DNA from: Acidobacteriota bacterium
GTDB lineage: Bacteria > Acidobacteriota > Vicinamibacteria > Vicinamibacterales > SCN-69-37
Assembly: GCA_013203475.1 (NCBI GenBank)
Contig: JABMNV010000137.1
Location: 1-63,353 of the forward strand
Length of the DNA stretch: 63,353 nucleotides
Direction of reading: 5' to 3'
This document shows, in pieces, positions 8,186 to 18,150 of the stretch. Position numbers and translations under genes: made by a program. The notes beneath the pieces were generated by a model that worked only from the letters and a program-made list of their open reading frames with translations, was not told the DNA's origin and searched no databases. Positions within the stretch are counted from its first letter, which is position 1, and the number at the start of each line of letters is the position of its first letter.

Positions 8186-9483
8186 TATCGGGCCTCGCCG
8201 CGCTGAAGACGCGCCAGCAGCACGGCCATGCGCTTGGCCTGAGCAGGCAATGTGCGCAAGTCTGCGACCTCGTCCACGGTGTGACCGCCTGTGCCCATGA
8301 GGCCCACGCCGTCGAGGATCATCCCTGCGTGGCCCGCCACAAACGACACGTCGGCGGCTCCGGCCTTGTCCGGATCCACTGCCACCACGTCACCGGCTCC
8401 CACGTCCACACTCGCGCGATGAAACATCGTCAATAGCCGTTCGTTGCCTGGTGTCGGCGCCAGCGGCGGATATCCATCATCAAACGTAATGGTCGCGCTG
8501 GTCTGTGGCAGCGACGCCGCCACAATCTCCTGCATCGTCCTCTTGGCGGCAGCGAACTGCTCAAGAGAGAGTGCGCGCAAGTCGCCCGTCGCCACGGCGT
8601 GTTCGGCGATCACGTTGCTCTTGCCAAATCCCGTGCCCCGTGACGCGGCGGCATCATAGTCAACCGACGTTCCTCCGAGCACGACACCTGGATTGAACGT
8701 CAAGTGCGGCTGGCCCGCCAGCGCCTCGCGGAATCCGTTGAGAATGCGTGCGGTCTCGAACACGGCGCCGTATCCGTTCTCCTCGTTGAAGATTTGGGAT
8801 GAGTGCGCAGGCTTGCCTGTCACTCGCAGCTCCCATCCGCTCGTGCCGCGGCGGGCGATGACTGCAGTTGCGGGGTTGCCGTCACCGTCTTCAAACCCAA
8901 TCGCCACGTCTGCGCCCTGCGCGGCCTTGACCAGTGCGGCCCTGGACATCGTCAAGGGCCGGCCCGCAGCCTCTTCGTCACCGGTCATCACGACCACGAT
9001 GTTCATGGTGTCGAGTAACCCGACAGACTTGAGGGCCTTCAGGGATTGGACGATGATGACGTCGCCGCCCTTCATGTCGGTAATGCCGGGGCCCTTGGCT
9101 GCGGTGGGGCTGACGCGTTCGAATTTCTGGAAAGGGCTGTCCGGTTCAAAGACCGTGTCGAGGTGACCGATGAGAAGGATGCGCGGCCCGGTGCCTGGAT
9201 GCTCAGCGACCAGGTGTCCTGCCCGCTGAAACGGCGTGCCGTCTATCCATTCGGTCTTAAATCCCAACGCATCGAACTCGGCCCGGAACACCGCGCCCAC
9301 GTCGCGCACGCCGTCGAAGTTCTGAGTGCCGCTGTTGATGTTGACCACGCGTTCGAGCAGGGCCAGAGCACTCTCGTTGTTGGCGTCCACGAACGCTGTG
9401 AGGGCGCGTTCCTGCTGGGACAGGTTTCCCGACTGGGGCAAGAGGCTGGTCATCACCAGAAGAAGAAGGGCACGTGTGAGCAT
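8185..9483 (-). CDS. Exported M20 metallopeptidase (carboxypeptidase G2-like)
   Basis: GHLDTVF, DMKGG, GDEE, AHSS, GGHT; signal peptide. Confidence 0.88.
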   Translation of the reverse strand: MLTRALLLLVMTSLLPQSGNLSQQERALTAFVDANNESALALLERVVNINSGTQNFDGVRDVGAVFRAEFDALGFKTEWIDGTPFQRAGHLVAEHPGTGPRILLIGHLDTVFEPDSPFQKFERVSPTAAKGPGITDMKGGDVIIVQSLKALKSVGLLDTMNIVVVMTGDEEAAGRPLTMSRAALVKAAQGADVAIGFEDGDGNPATAVIARRGTSGWELRVTGKPAHSSQIFNEENGYGAVFETARILNGFREALAGQPHLTFNPGVVLGGTSVDYDAAASRGTGFGKSNVIAEHAVATGDLRALSLEQFAAAKRTMQEIVAASLPQTSATITFDDGYPPLAPTPGNERLLTMFHRASVDVGAGDVVAVDPDKAGAADVSFVAGHAGMILDGVGLMGTGGHTVDEVADLRTLPAQAKRMAVLLARLQRGEAR

Positions 9484-9644
9484 GGCTGATCCTACCGCGA
9501 TCGACGGGTCCGGCGTCGCGCCGAGGGGCGGGCCGTTCCGGCGCGATTGTCGTGAGTGCGCTCGTTCCGGAGTTGCTGCTAGAGGCGCGTCCGACCCGCA
9601 TGACGAACGATGCCGATGTCACAATCATCGTCGAGAGCCTCGGC

Positions 9645-9785
9645 CGTTCAGCGCACACACCAGCACGACGGCGCCGAAAAGCCCATCCCACGCTGCGAAC
9701 CAGCCGTAGTGGTACCGCCATCACAAAGTGAAAGCTCATGGCGACCAGAAGGATGCTGGCCCACACCGGGATATCGGCGTGCTGT
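9645..9785 (-). pseudogene. Possible relic of a membrane-protein gene
   Basis: Two hydrophobic segments in different frames (DIPVWASILLVAMSFHFVM and YHYGWFAAWDGLFGAVVLVCAL), with no start or intact ORF. Confidence 0.3.
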
Positions 9786-9849
9786 AGCTATCCGAAGTTC
9801 AGCCCATTCACTTCCTCACTTCCCCACTTCCAAAGAGTAGACTCTCGAA

Positions 9850-12241
9850 ATGCATCGTCGAGATCTTCTGAAGGCATTGGCTGCGGCCTGGGTCGCGTGG
9901 CGCTGGCTCACGCCATGGAAGGCGAACGCGCAGGCAGTGCCTCTTTCCGAGTTCGCAAGCGCCTGGCAGCAGTGGCCCGACAATCTGTGGATTGGTCCCG
10001 AGTATTGGGCCAACCGGCTGCAAGACTGGCGTCTCGTCGGGGGGGCAAGCCGAGTGTGTTCTGGCCGGGCGGCATCGGGCGCTGCACCTTCTGACGCACC
10101 GCCTTGGTACGGTTCGCACCGGGTTCACGACCAGCGTGACGGTGGAGCGAACCGACATGGTGGAGTCGGAGTCAGGGGCCGACACAGGGCAGTTGGGGAA
10201 TGACTGGATCGGCTTTCGGCTCGGTGCAAAGGGACCCAATGCCGACTATCGATCGGCCGCCGTCTACGGCCGTGGGCTCGACGTTGGATTGACGAGCCAG
10301 GGGCGCCTTCGAATCGGCGATCACGCGGGTGCGAGCATCGATTCAGCGCGGGCTGTATCGCAGCCGGTCCGGTTGGTCATGACTGCGACTCCTGGTCCAG
10401 CTGGGTATCGGCTGCGCCTTGAGGCACGTGATGTCACGACAGGCCGCGTGCTCGGGTCACTTGAGGCCGACGCCATCTCCGAGGACGCTCTGGTTGGAAA
10501 CGTCGCACTGTTGAGTCACGTGGATCAGGCCGACCACGAGATGGACCACGCGTTCGTCCGATTTTCCGACTGGCAACTCTCCGGAGACAAGGTCGGGCGC
10601 GACGAGACGGCGACGTTCGGCCCCATCGCCTTCGCGCAGTACACACTTCACCAGGGGACGCTGAAGCTCACCGCGCAACTCACGCCATTTGAAGCGGTCT
10701 CGGGCCATCAGATTTTCTTCGACGTCCGCGAAGGCGAGGCCTGGCGCACGGTCGCGGAACCGACCATCGATCCGCTCTCGAGAACGGCGCACGTGCGAGT
10801 GGCCGACTGGCAGGCCGACACCAACGTCCCCTACCGTGTGCGCGTGGTTCTGCCCCTGGCAGGTGGCCCACGATCGTTCACCTACGAGGGTACAATTGCC
10901 CGAGAACCGGCCGACCAGGACCAAGTGCGGGTCGCGGCCTTTAGCTGCAACGCCGACCACGGCTTCCCGGACGCCGACGTCGTTCGGCATGTGCAGGTTC
11001 ACCAGCCAGACGTGGCCGTGTTCCTCGGGGATCAGTTTTACGAAAGCCAGAGCGGCTTCGGGATTCAGAGGACGCCAATCGAGAAGTCGAGCCTCGACAT
11101 GCTGCGCAAGTGGTACATGTTCGGCTGGTCGTATCGGGATCTCTTCCGACATATTCCATCCGCCATGATTCCCGACGACCACGATGTCTACCACGGCAAC
11201 GTCTGGGGCGAGGGCGGCAAGGCTGCGCCGACGGACGAGGGCTGGGGGTACGTCGCTCAGGACCAGGGCGGCTACAAGATGGAAGCCCCTTGGGTGAACA
11301 TCGTGCAACGCACCCAGACGAGTCACTTGCCCGATCCCTACGACCCGACCCCGGCGCAGCAAGGCATCGGCGTGTACTACACGCACTGGCGTTACGCGGG
11401 TGTCAGCTTCGCCATTCTCGAAGATCGCAAATTCAAGTCAGCACCGCTCAACATCCTGCCGGCCAGCGCCAAGGTCGCCAACGGATTTGCCACCGACGGA
11501 GCATTCGACCACCGCACTCATCGTGATCATCCGAATGCCCAACTGCTTGGGGAGCGCCAACAACAGTTCCTCGAAGAGTGGGCGTCGACGTTGAGCGCGG
11601 ATGCTGACTTCGCCGTGGTGTTGTCACAGTCACCGTTTGCCGCAGCGCAAACGCTGCCCGCCGGCGCCACCCACGACAACATGGTGCCCGGCCTGCCGAT
11701 TCCGCCGCTCGGCGAGTACGTCACCGGCGATGCGCCGTCGCCCGACATGGACACCAACGCGTGGCCACAGAATCGCCGTGATGAAGCCCTGCGCGCCATT
11801 CGACGCGCATCTGCTGTTCACCTCGCTGGCGACCAGCACCTTGGCTCAGTCATCCAGTACGGCATCGACGACCATCGGGACGCAGGCTTTGCGTTCACGG
11901 GCCCCGCACTCAACAACATCTGGCCGCGCCGGTGGTGGCCGACCTTGCCGTCAAATCACAAGCCGCTGCCCGGCCGCGCGACCTACACGGGCGACTTCGA
12001 AGACGCGTTCGGGAATCGGTTGACCATGTTCGCAGCCGCCAACCCACGACAGACTGGTCTTGAGCCCGCGATCATCCACAACCGCGCGACCGGCTACGGC
12101 ATCGTCGTGTTCGAGCGCACCAGCGGCACAGTCCGGATCGAGTGCTGGCCACGTGCCACAGACCCGGCCACAGATCCGACCGGGCAGTACGAAGGATGGC
12201 CGATCACGATTCATCCCCGAGACAATCGGGTCGTGACCTGA
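9850..12241 (+). pseudogene. Tat-exported PhoD-like metallophosphatase, frameshifted at a G7 run (10039-10045)
   Basis: MHRRDLLK Tat signal...WIGPEYWANRLQDWRLVGG in frame 9850. Body GQAECV...FSCN...GDQFYE...PDDHDVYHGN...DTNAWPQ...AGDQH in frame 9992. G6 instead of G7 fuses them. Confidence 0.8.
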
Positions 12242-12264
12242 GGCGGCGTCAGGCGTCGGCCGCT

Positions 12265-13668
12265 TTATCGCTGAGGCACAGTCCAGAGCGTCGACGGAAC
12301 ATGCGCTTCGTCAAGAGCCACCCGGATCCGTTCGACGATATCTGGATGCGCGGCAGCGACGTCGGTCACTTCGCCGATGTCGATTGCCAGGTCGTAGAGC
12401 TCGATGGAACCGGTCAGCATCGGCTGACGGATGCCCTTCCACGTGCCCAACCGCACGGCCTGTCGCGACCCTTGCTCGTAGAATTCCCAGTAGAGATACG
12501 GATGCTGTTCCTGCGCGGCGGGCTGCCCGGTGAGCGTCGGCACCAAGCTGATGCTGTCCAGGTTAGACGGGACAGTTGCACTCGCGAGTTCGCCGACTGT
12601 GGCCATGAGATCGCCGAGGTAGCCAACGTGGTCGGTCACGGTTCCGGCAGCCACGCGCCCCGGCCAGCGCACGATCATGGGCACCCGGATGCCGCCGTCG
12701 TACAGCGCGCGCTTGGTTCCGCGCAAGGGGCCGTTCGAGTCGAAGAATGCCGGATCGTTGCCGCCCTCGGCGTGCGGCCCATTGTCTGACGTAAACATGA
12801 CGATCGTCCGATCATCGATGCCCAGGTCGCTGAGCAGCGCGACCAGGCGCCCGACGTCACCATCGAGTCGCGAGATCATGGCTGCCAAGCCCTTCTGGGA
12901 AGCCGGCCAATCCTTGTCGGCATATTGACCGTAATCAGGAACCTCCATGCCTTCGCGTCCTGCTTCGTTGTTCGCGTGGGGGATCGTCGGGGCAAGGTAC
13001 AGGAAGAACGGCTGCGCCTGGTTCGTTCGAACGAATGACAGCGCCTCCTCGGCGAACAAGTCGTGGGTGTACTGGACCTTCACAGTGGCCATACCCGCAC
13101 CGGACGGCCGCTCGTCTGGCACCACGTTGTCGAGTTCCTCTCGCGCCTCGTTCCTGAACAAGAACTGCGGGTAGTAGTTGTGCGCGTGTCGCTGGCCGAG
13201 GTACCCGTAGAACTCGTCGAACCCCTGCACGTTCGGTGCGCCAACACTGCCAGGTCCGCCAAGGCCCCACTTGCCGATGAGGCCGGTGTGGTACCCAGCC
13301 GATTGCAGCACCTCGGCAACGGTCACGCGCTCGGCCGGCAGCGGATGCTGGCCCATCGGCTGCACTTCGCGGTTGCCGCGGATGTCGTTACGCCCCGTGT
13401 GCTGGCCGGTCATCAAGACGGCGCGCGACGGCGCACAGACAGTCGAGCCTGCGTAGAAGTCGGTGAACCGCATGCCTTCGGCCGCCAGTTGATCCAAATT
13501 GGGGGTCTGAATGACCGCCTGCCCGTACGAGCCGAGGTCTCCATAGCCGAGGTCGTCCGCCATGATGAAGATGATGTTCGGCGGCGACTCCGGTGCTGGT
13601 GCAGCGCAACCGCTGACACACACCGCGAATGCCAACGCCCACGCCCGATTGATGCAATTCGGTTTCAT
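12265..13668 (-). CDS. Arylsulfatase (S1 family) lipoprotein
   Basis: PNIIFIMADDLGYGD, CAPSR formylglycine motif, GKWGLG, SDNG; lipobox VSGC. Confidence 0.93.
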   Translation of the reverse strand: MKPNCINRAWALAFAVCVSGCAAPAPESPPNIIFIMADDLGYGDLGSYGQAVIQTPNLDQLAAEGMRFTDFYAGSTVCAPSRAVLMTGQHTGRNDIRGNREVQPMGQHPLPAERVTVAEVLQSAGYHTGLIGKWGLGGPGSVGAPNVQGFDEFYGYLGQRHAHNYYPQFLFRNEAREELDNVVPDERPSGAGMATVKVQYTHDLFAEEALSFVRTNQAQPFFLYLAPTIPHANNEAGREGMEVPDYGQYADKDWPASQKGLAAMISRLDGDVGRLVALLSDLGIDDRTIVMFTSDNGPHAEGGNDPAFFDSNGPLRGTKRALYDGGIRVPMIVRWPGRVAAGTVTDHVGYLGDLMATVGELASATVPSNLDSISLVPTLTGQPAAQEQHPYLYWEFYEQGSRQAVRLGTWKGIRQPMLTGSIELYDLAIDIGEVTDVAAAHPDIVERIRVALDEAHVPSTLWTVPQR

Positions 13669-13763
13669 TTGACGACCCTTCCAGCGCGGCTATGCTACCG
13701 CACAAGGCTGGTCAGTCGTGCGGCTACGGTAGAGGGAGCGAAAAGCCAGCTATCCTTACTGCG

Positions 13764-15773
13764 GTGCCCCACCTGCCCCTGGTCGTCAACATCACGGTCG
13801 CGCTCGCGCTGTCGCTGGTGGGCGGACTTGCCGCCCGTCGTCTCGGTCTGCCCACGATCGTCGGGTATCTGCTCGCCGGCGTCGCGATCAGCCCGTTCTC
13901 GCCCGTCTGGGTCGGCGATACGGAAGCCATCGCCCAGATGGCCGAGTTCGGCGTGATCCTCCTGATGTTCGGCATCGGACTTCATTTTTCGTTTCAGGAA
14001 CTGTGGCGCGTCCGCAACATCAGTATTCCTGGCGCGGTCGTACAGATGGCGATCATCACGGCCCTGGGCGCCTGGCTGGCGCGTCGGTGGGGATTCTCTG
14101 ACGGTGGTGCCTGGGTCTTCGGCGTTGCCGTGTCGGTCGCCAGCACCATCGTGCTGCTGCGCGGCCTGGAGGATCACGGGCTGCTGCAGTCACGCCACGG
14201 CAAAGTCGCGATCGGTTGGCTGGTCTTTGAAGACCTGGCAACCGTCGCCATCCTCGTGCTGCTGCCCACCCTGGTTGGACAGGCGGAGGGGCCCTGGTGG
14301 ATTCCGTTCTGGGCGGTCGCCAAGGCGGTGCTGTTTGTCGGGCTGATGCTCGTGGTCGGCCAGCGAGTAGTGCCGGCGATTCTCGAACGGGTGGTGCACA
14401 CCAAGTCGAGAGAGTTGTTCATCCTGGTTGCGCTGACCTTGGCGGCGGGAACCGCGTTGGCGTCCTCGGCCCTGTTCGGTGTGTCGCTGGCATTGGGCGC
14501 GTTCGTCGCGGGCGTGGTCGTCAGTGAGTCAAAGTTCAGCCATCAAATCAACGCCGACCTGCTGCCGTTTCGCGAAGCCTTCGCCGTGCTGTTCTTCGTC
14601 TCGGTCGGCATGCTCGTCAATCCGTCGTACGTGGTCGAGCACTGGCGACAGGTGCTCATCCTCTCGGTGTTGGTCGTGATCGTGAAGGGCGCGGTCTCGG
14701 CGATCATCGGATTTGTGTCGCCCTACCCGGCGAGGACGGCGTTGATTCTCGGAGCGGGGCGCGGGCAGATGGGCGAATTTTCGTTCATCGTGGGTCAGGC
14801 GGGCCTGGCGCTCGGACTGCTGACGACGAATCAGTACTCCCTGATTCTGGCGGGCGCGATCGTGTCAATCACGATCAACCCGCTGATGTTCCGGCTGGTC
14901 GAACCTGCTGAACGCTGGCTGCAGCGGTTTCCCACCATCTGGCGCATCCTGAACCGGGAGGGTGCGGCGGCGCCGCTCCCTGCTGAGACGTTGACTGGCC
15001 ACATCGTGGTCGTCGGATCCGGTCGCGTCGGTCGACACATCAGTGAAGTGCTCACGCAGTTGGGTGTCCCCCGCCTCGTCGTAGAAGCCGATCCGACTCG
15101 CCTTAAAAAGCTGCAGAGCCTCGGCGTGCCGGTGTTGTTCGGGGACGCCGCCAATTCTGAAATCCTGCGACACGCCGGTCTCGAGCGGGCCCGTGCTCTC
15201 ATCGTGACGCTGGCCGATGATGTGGCCGCGACCTCGGTGGTGTTGTCTGCGCGCGCCCAAGCGCCTGAACTGCATGTCATCACGAGGGCATCGACATGGC
15301 ACGGCGCCAGACTGCTGCGCGAGGCGGGTGCCGACGACATCGTGCGACCTGAGCTCGAAGGGGGTGTGGAGATCGTCCGCCGGACCCTCCTCGACCTAGA
15401 TCTGGCGATCGAAGACATCACGCGTTACACCGATCTCGTGCGACGGGAGGATCTGGCAGACGGGGATCAGCCCAGCCCCGAACGCTCCCGCGTCCTTCAA
15501 GATCTGGTCCAGGCCGCCCACCATGTTGCCGTGCAGTGGTTCAGCGTCGCCCCATCGAGCACCCTCGTCGGACAGTCGCTGGCCACTGCCGCGATCCGTA
15601 CTCGCACAGGCGTCTCGGCGGTGGCAATCGTGCGAGAAGGCACGCTGACAGCCAATCCTGGTCCAGGCCACGTGCTGCGTGTCGACGACCGAGTGGCCGT
15701 GCTGGGTTCGCCGGAGCAAATGGCGGAAACAGAGCGACTGTTCCGTGGACCGGACGTGCCAACAGATGATTGA
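13764..15773 (+). CDS. CPA2 cation:proton antiporter with TrkA-N and TrkA-C domains (Kef/YbaL-like)
   Basis: Many TM helices, GVILLMFGIGLHFS, FFVSVGML, GQMGEFSF, VVGSGRVG, GDAAN; start moved to GTG 13764. Confidence 0.9.
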   Translation: MPHLPLVVNITVALALSLVGGLAARRLGLPTIVGYLLAGVAISPFSPVWVGDTEAIAQMAEFGVILLMFGIGLHFSFQELWRVRNISIPGAVVQMAIITALGAWLARRWGFSDGGAWVFGVAVSVASTIVLLRGLEDHGLLQSRHGKVAIGWLVFEDLATVAILVLLPTLVGQAEGPWWIPFWAVAKAVLFVGLMLVVGQRVVPAILERVVHTKSRELFILVALTLAAGTALASSALFGVSLALGAFVAGVVVSESKFSHQINADLLPFREAFAVLFFVSVGMLVNPSYVVEHWRQVLILSVLVVIVKGAVSAIIGFVSPYPARTALILGAGRGQMGEFSFIVGQAGLALGLLTTNQYSLILAGAIVSITINPLMFRLVEPAERWLQRFPTIWRILNREGAAAPLPAETLTGHIVVVGSGRVGRHISEVLTQLGVPRLVVEADPTRLKKLQSLGVPVLFGDAANSEILRHAGLERARALIVTLADDVAATSVVLSARAQAPELHVITRASTWHGARLLREAGADDIVRPELEGGVEIVRRTLLDLDLAIEDITRYTDLVRREDLADGDQPSPERSRVLQDLVQAAHHVAVQWFSVAPSSTLVGQSLATAAIRTRTGVSAVAIVREGTLTANPGPGHVLRVDDRVAVLGSPEQMAETERLFRGPDVPTDD

Positions 15774-15787
15774 TGGGTTGTTGTAAT

Positions 15788-15800
15788 TTATAGCTATAAT
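15788..15800 (+). promoter_or_regulatory. -10 box overlapped by a 12-bp palindrome; probable TA autorepression operator
   Basis: TTATAGCTATAA (15788-15799) overlaps TATAAT (15795-15800), 9 nt before the antitoxin ATG. Confidence 0.6.
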
Positions 15801-15809
15801 AGCCATGTT

Positions 15810-16148
15810 ATGAACGCTAATATAGCTACTCTTAAGAACAGCTTGTCGCGCTACCTCAAGGCTGTCCAGGCCGGTGAGGAAGTCGTCGTCCTGGATCGGG
15901 CGCGACCGGTGGCACGCATAGTCCCGTTCAGGCAAGTGCCTGAGCCTGGTGGGCCTGAACAAGGTGGCCTTGCGTCTCATGAAGACCACCAACTCGACGC
16001 GATGGTCCATCGTGGCGCCATCACCCACCGAGGTCGTCCCGCCGACACTGCCGCGTGGGTGAGCAGTCGGCAGCCGGCCAAGCCTGCCGCGGGCAGCCCG
16101 GCCCTGTCGGATGTCTTGTTGCAGATGCGCGCTGAGGAACCCTGGTGA
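15810..16148 (+). CDS. Phd/YefM-family antitoxin
   Basis: IATLKNSLSRYLKAVQAGEEVVVLDRARPVARIVP; GTGA overlap with the PIN gene. Confidence 0.88.
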   Translation: MNANIATLKNSLSRYLKAVQAGEEVVVLDRARPVARIVPFRQVPEPGGPEQGGLASHEDHQLDAMVHRGAITHRGRPADTAAWVSSRQPAKPAAGSPALSDVLLQMRAEEPW

Positions 16149-16573
16149 AGTTCTGGGACACGTCGGCCCTTCTTCCGTTGTTTGTCGAAGAACCGGCAAC
16201 CGAATCCTGCACGGCATTGTTGTCTTCTGACCCCAGTGTCATCGTTTGGGAAGGCACGAGCGTGGAACTACTGTCGGCGCTATCGCGCTATCGGCAGCAT
16301 GCATCCGGCTTCGACGACCTGTGGCCGGGTGTGCGCCACGAGATGCTCGAGCGATGGGAGACGTGGTCGCGCGTCGCGGACATGGGCAAGGCGTCTCTTC
16401 GGGCGCGGCGTCTGGTGAATGTCCACCCGCTCAAGTCGGGTGACGCCTACCAACTGGCGGCCGCGCTGGTGGCTTGCGAGGATCAGCCGCAGTGGCTGAC
16501 GGTCGTCACGCGGGATCTGACGATGGCCGCCGCCGCCCGACTCGAAGGCTTCAGGGTCGCGATTCCAAATTGA
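16145..16573 (+). CDS. vapC: VapC PIN-domain toxin
   Basis: FWDTSAL, VELLSAL, GDAYQLAAA, VTRD: four acidic residues present. Confidence 0.88.
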   Translation: MKFWDTSALLPLFVEEPATESCTALLSSDPSVIVWEGTSVELLSALSRYRQHASGFDDLWPGVRHEMLERWETWSRVADMGKASLRARRLVNVHPLKSGDAYQLAAALVACEDQPQWLTVVTRDLTMAAAARLEGFRVAIPN

Positions 16574-18095
16574 AGCTGCGAGAAGACTTCCTGAGCCACG
16601 GACTGGCGGGAGTGGGCAGCGGCTGATCTTCCATCGAGAGGCCGCTGTGGACGGCGACCTCGTACTTGGCGAAAAAGGCATTCAGTCGGTCGGTTAATGT
16701 ATCGATCACGCCAGACAGAGACGGGTCGGCATATCGATTGGCGGTCTCGCGGGGATCGCTCCGAAGGTCGTAGAGTTCATGCGAATCGGCCACGCCTTTG
16801 AACGGATATCGCCGAATCAACTTGTAGTCCTGCGTGCGAATCATGCGGGCGTTGCCGTACTCGCAGATCTGCGCATCGCGCCAATCGGAGATGCGTTCGC
16901 CTCTGAGCAGCGGCAGGTAGGATCGCCCGGGTGAACTGACGCGGCTTGACGGGGTGACTCCGGCAGCATCGAGACCAGCTGCGTCCAGCAACGTCGCGTG
17001 CAGGTCGCAGTGGTCCACCGGCACCGCGCTCGTAACGTCGCGGCCGAGACCTCCCGACGGCCAGGAGATCGTGCAGGGCACCCGAATCGACTCGTCGAGA
17101 AAATTCTGCGGCTGCGTGATGTTGCCCTTCTCCCACACGCCGTGGTGTCCGGCGTTGAGTCCGTGGTCGCCGGTGTAGACGACAAGCGTATTGTCGAGTT
17201 CCCCATGCGCTTCGAGGTCGGCGATGACGCGGCCCATCTCCCGATCGATGCTCGACGCTGCCGCGTAGTATTGCTGCCGCTTGGCGCGCTCGATGGCGGG
17301 GTCCTTGTTGACCGTCACGCTGGCCTTGCCATGAGCCGACGAGAACTCCTCCTGCGGAATGTCCCGGAATGTCGCGTCGGCATACTCCGCGACCAGATCA
17401 TCGGGCGCATTGGCGTGCGGACCGTGCGTATCGACATAGCCGACACACAGGAAGAACGGCTTGCCAGCCGTCGCCGAGTCGTCGCGATGCTGACGAAGGA
17501 AATCGAGCGCATGGTTGGTCAACAGCGGCGACTGCTGACCTTGCTCGATGACCTGGCGGCCCTGGTCCGAAAATTTCTGCTCCCCACGATGAGGGTATTG
17601 ACTCACCCAGTAGCTGAACCAGTAGTCGAATCCCGGACGCGGCTCACGCTCGAATCCGCAGTGCCACTTGCCGACAAGTCCGGTGTGATAGCCGGAATCC
17701 CTGAGCCGCTCAGAAATCAGCGTCTGCCCTTCCAGCCACGGAGACGCGTAGGCGTTGGTCGACTCTTCGATCCAGTCGTGAATGCCGTGCTGCGAGGGAA
17801 ACATCCCTGTGAAGAACGAGGCACGGGCCGGTGAACACACCGGGCTTGGTGTGCTGGCATTGGTCATCCGCACGCCTCGGCGCGCGAGCCGATCGAGGTT
17901 CGGCGTCCGCACTTCGGAGTTGCCGTAGCTCCCCTGCAGCCAGTGTCCGTGGTCGTCGGTGAGAAATACGAGGATATTCGGCCGTCTCGGTGCGGCCTGG
18001 TCTCCGCTCAGGTTTGCAGCCACGCGCGCCGGCAGGGCGGCCCCAGCCGCCAGCCCCGCTGCGCCCTTGAGAAAATCACGTCGGCCAATCGGCAT
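16551..18095 (-). CDS. Tat-exported sulfatase
   Basis: MPIGRRDFLK, PNILVFLTDDH, CSPAR, GKWH, GDHG, ELYDLRSDP. Confidence 0.92.
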   Translation of the reverse strand: MPIGRRDFLKGAAGLAAGAALPARVAANLSGDQAAPRRPNILVFLTDDHGHWLQGSYGNSEVRTPNLDRLARRGVRMTNASTPSPVCSPARASFFTGMFPSQHGIHDWIEESTNAYASPWLEGQTLISERLRDSGYHTGLVGKWHCGFEREPRPGFDYWFSYWVSQYPHRGEQKFSDQGRQVIEQGQQSPLLTNHALDFLRQHRDDSATAGKPFFLCVGYVDTHGPHANAPDDLVAEYADATFRDIPQEEFSSAHGKASVTVNKDPAIERAKRQQYYAAASSIDREMGRVIADLEAHGELDNTLVVYTGDHGLNAGHHGVWEKGNITQPQNFLDESIRVPCTISWPSGGLGRDVTSAVPVDHCDLHATLLDAAGLDAAGVTPSSRVSSPGRSYLPLLRGERISDWRDAQICEYGNARMIRTQDYKLIRRYPFKGVADSHELYDLRSDPRETANRYADPSLSGVIDTLTDRLNAFFAKYEVAVHSGLSMEDQPLPTPASPWLRKSSRSFNLESRP

Positions 18096-18150
18096 CGTCG
18101 CTATCCTACACCTCCGACTTGGCGCCGACAGGCTTATAGTGGAACGCATC

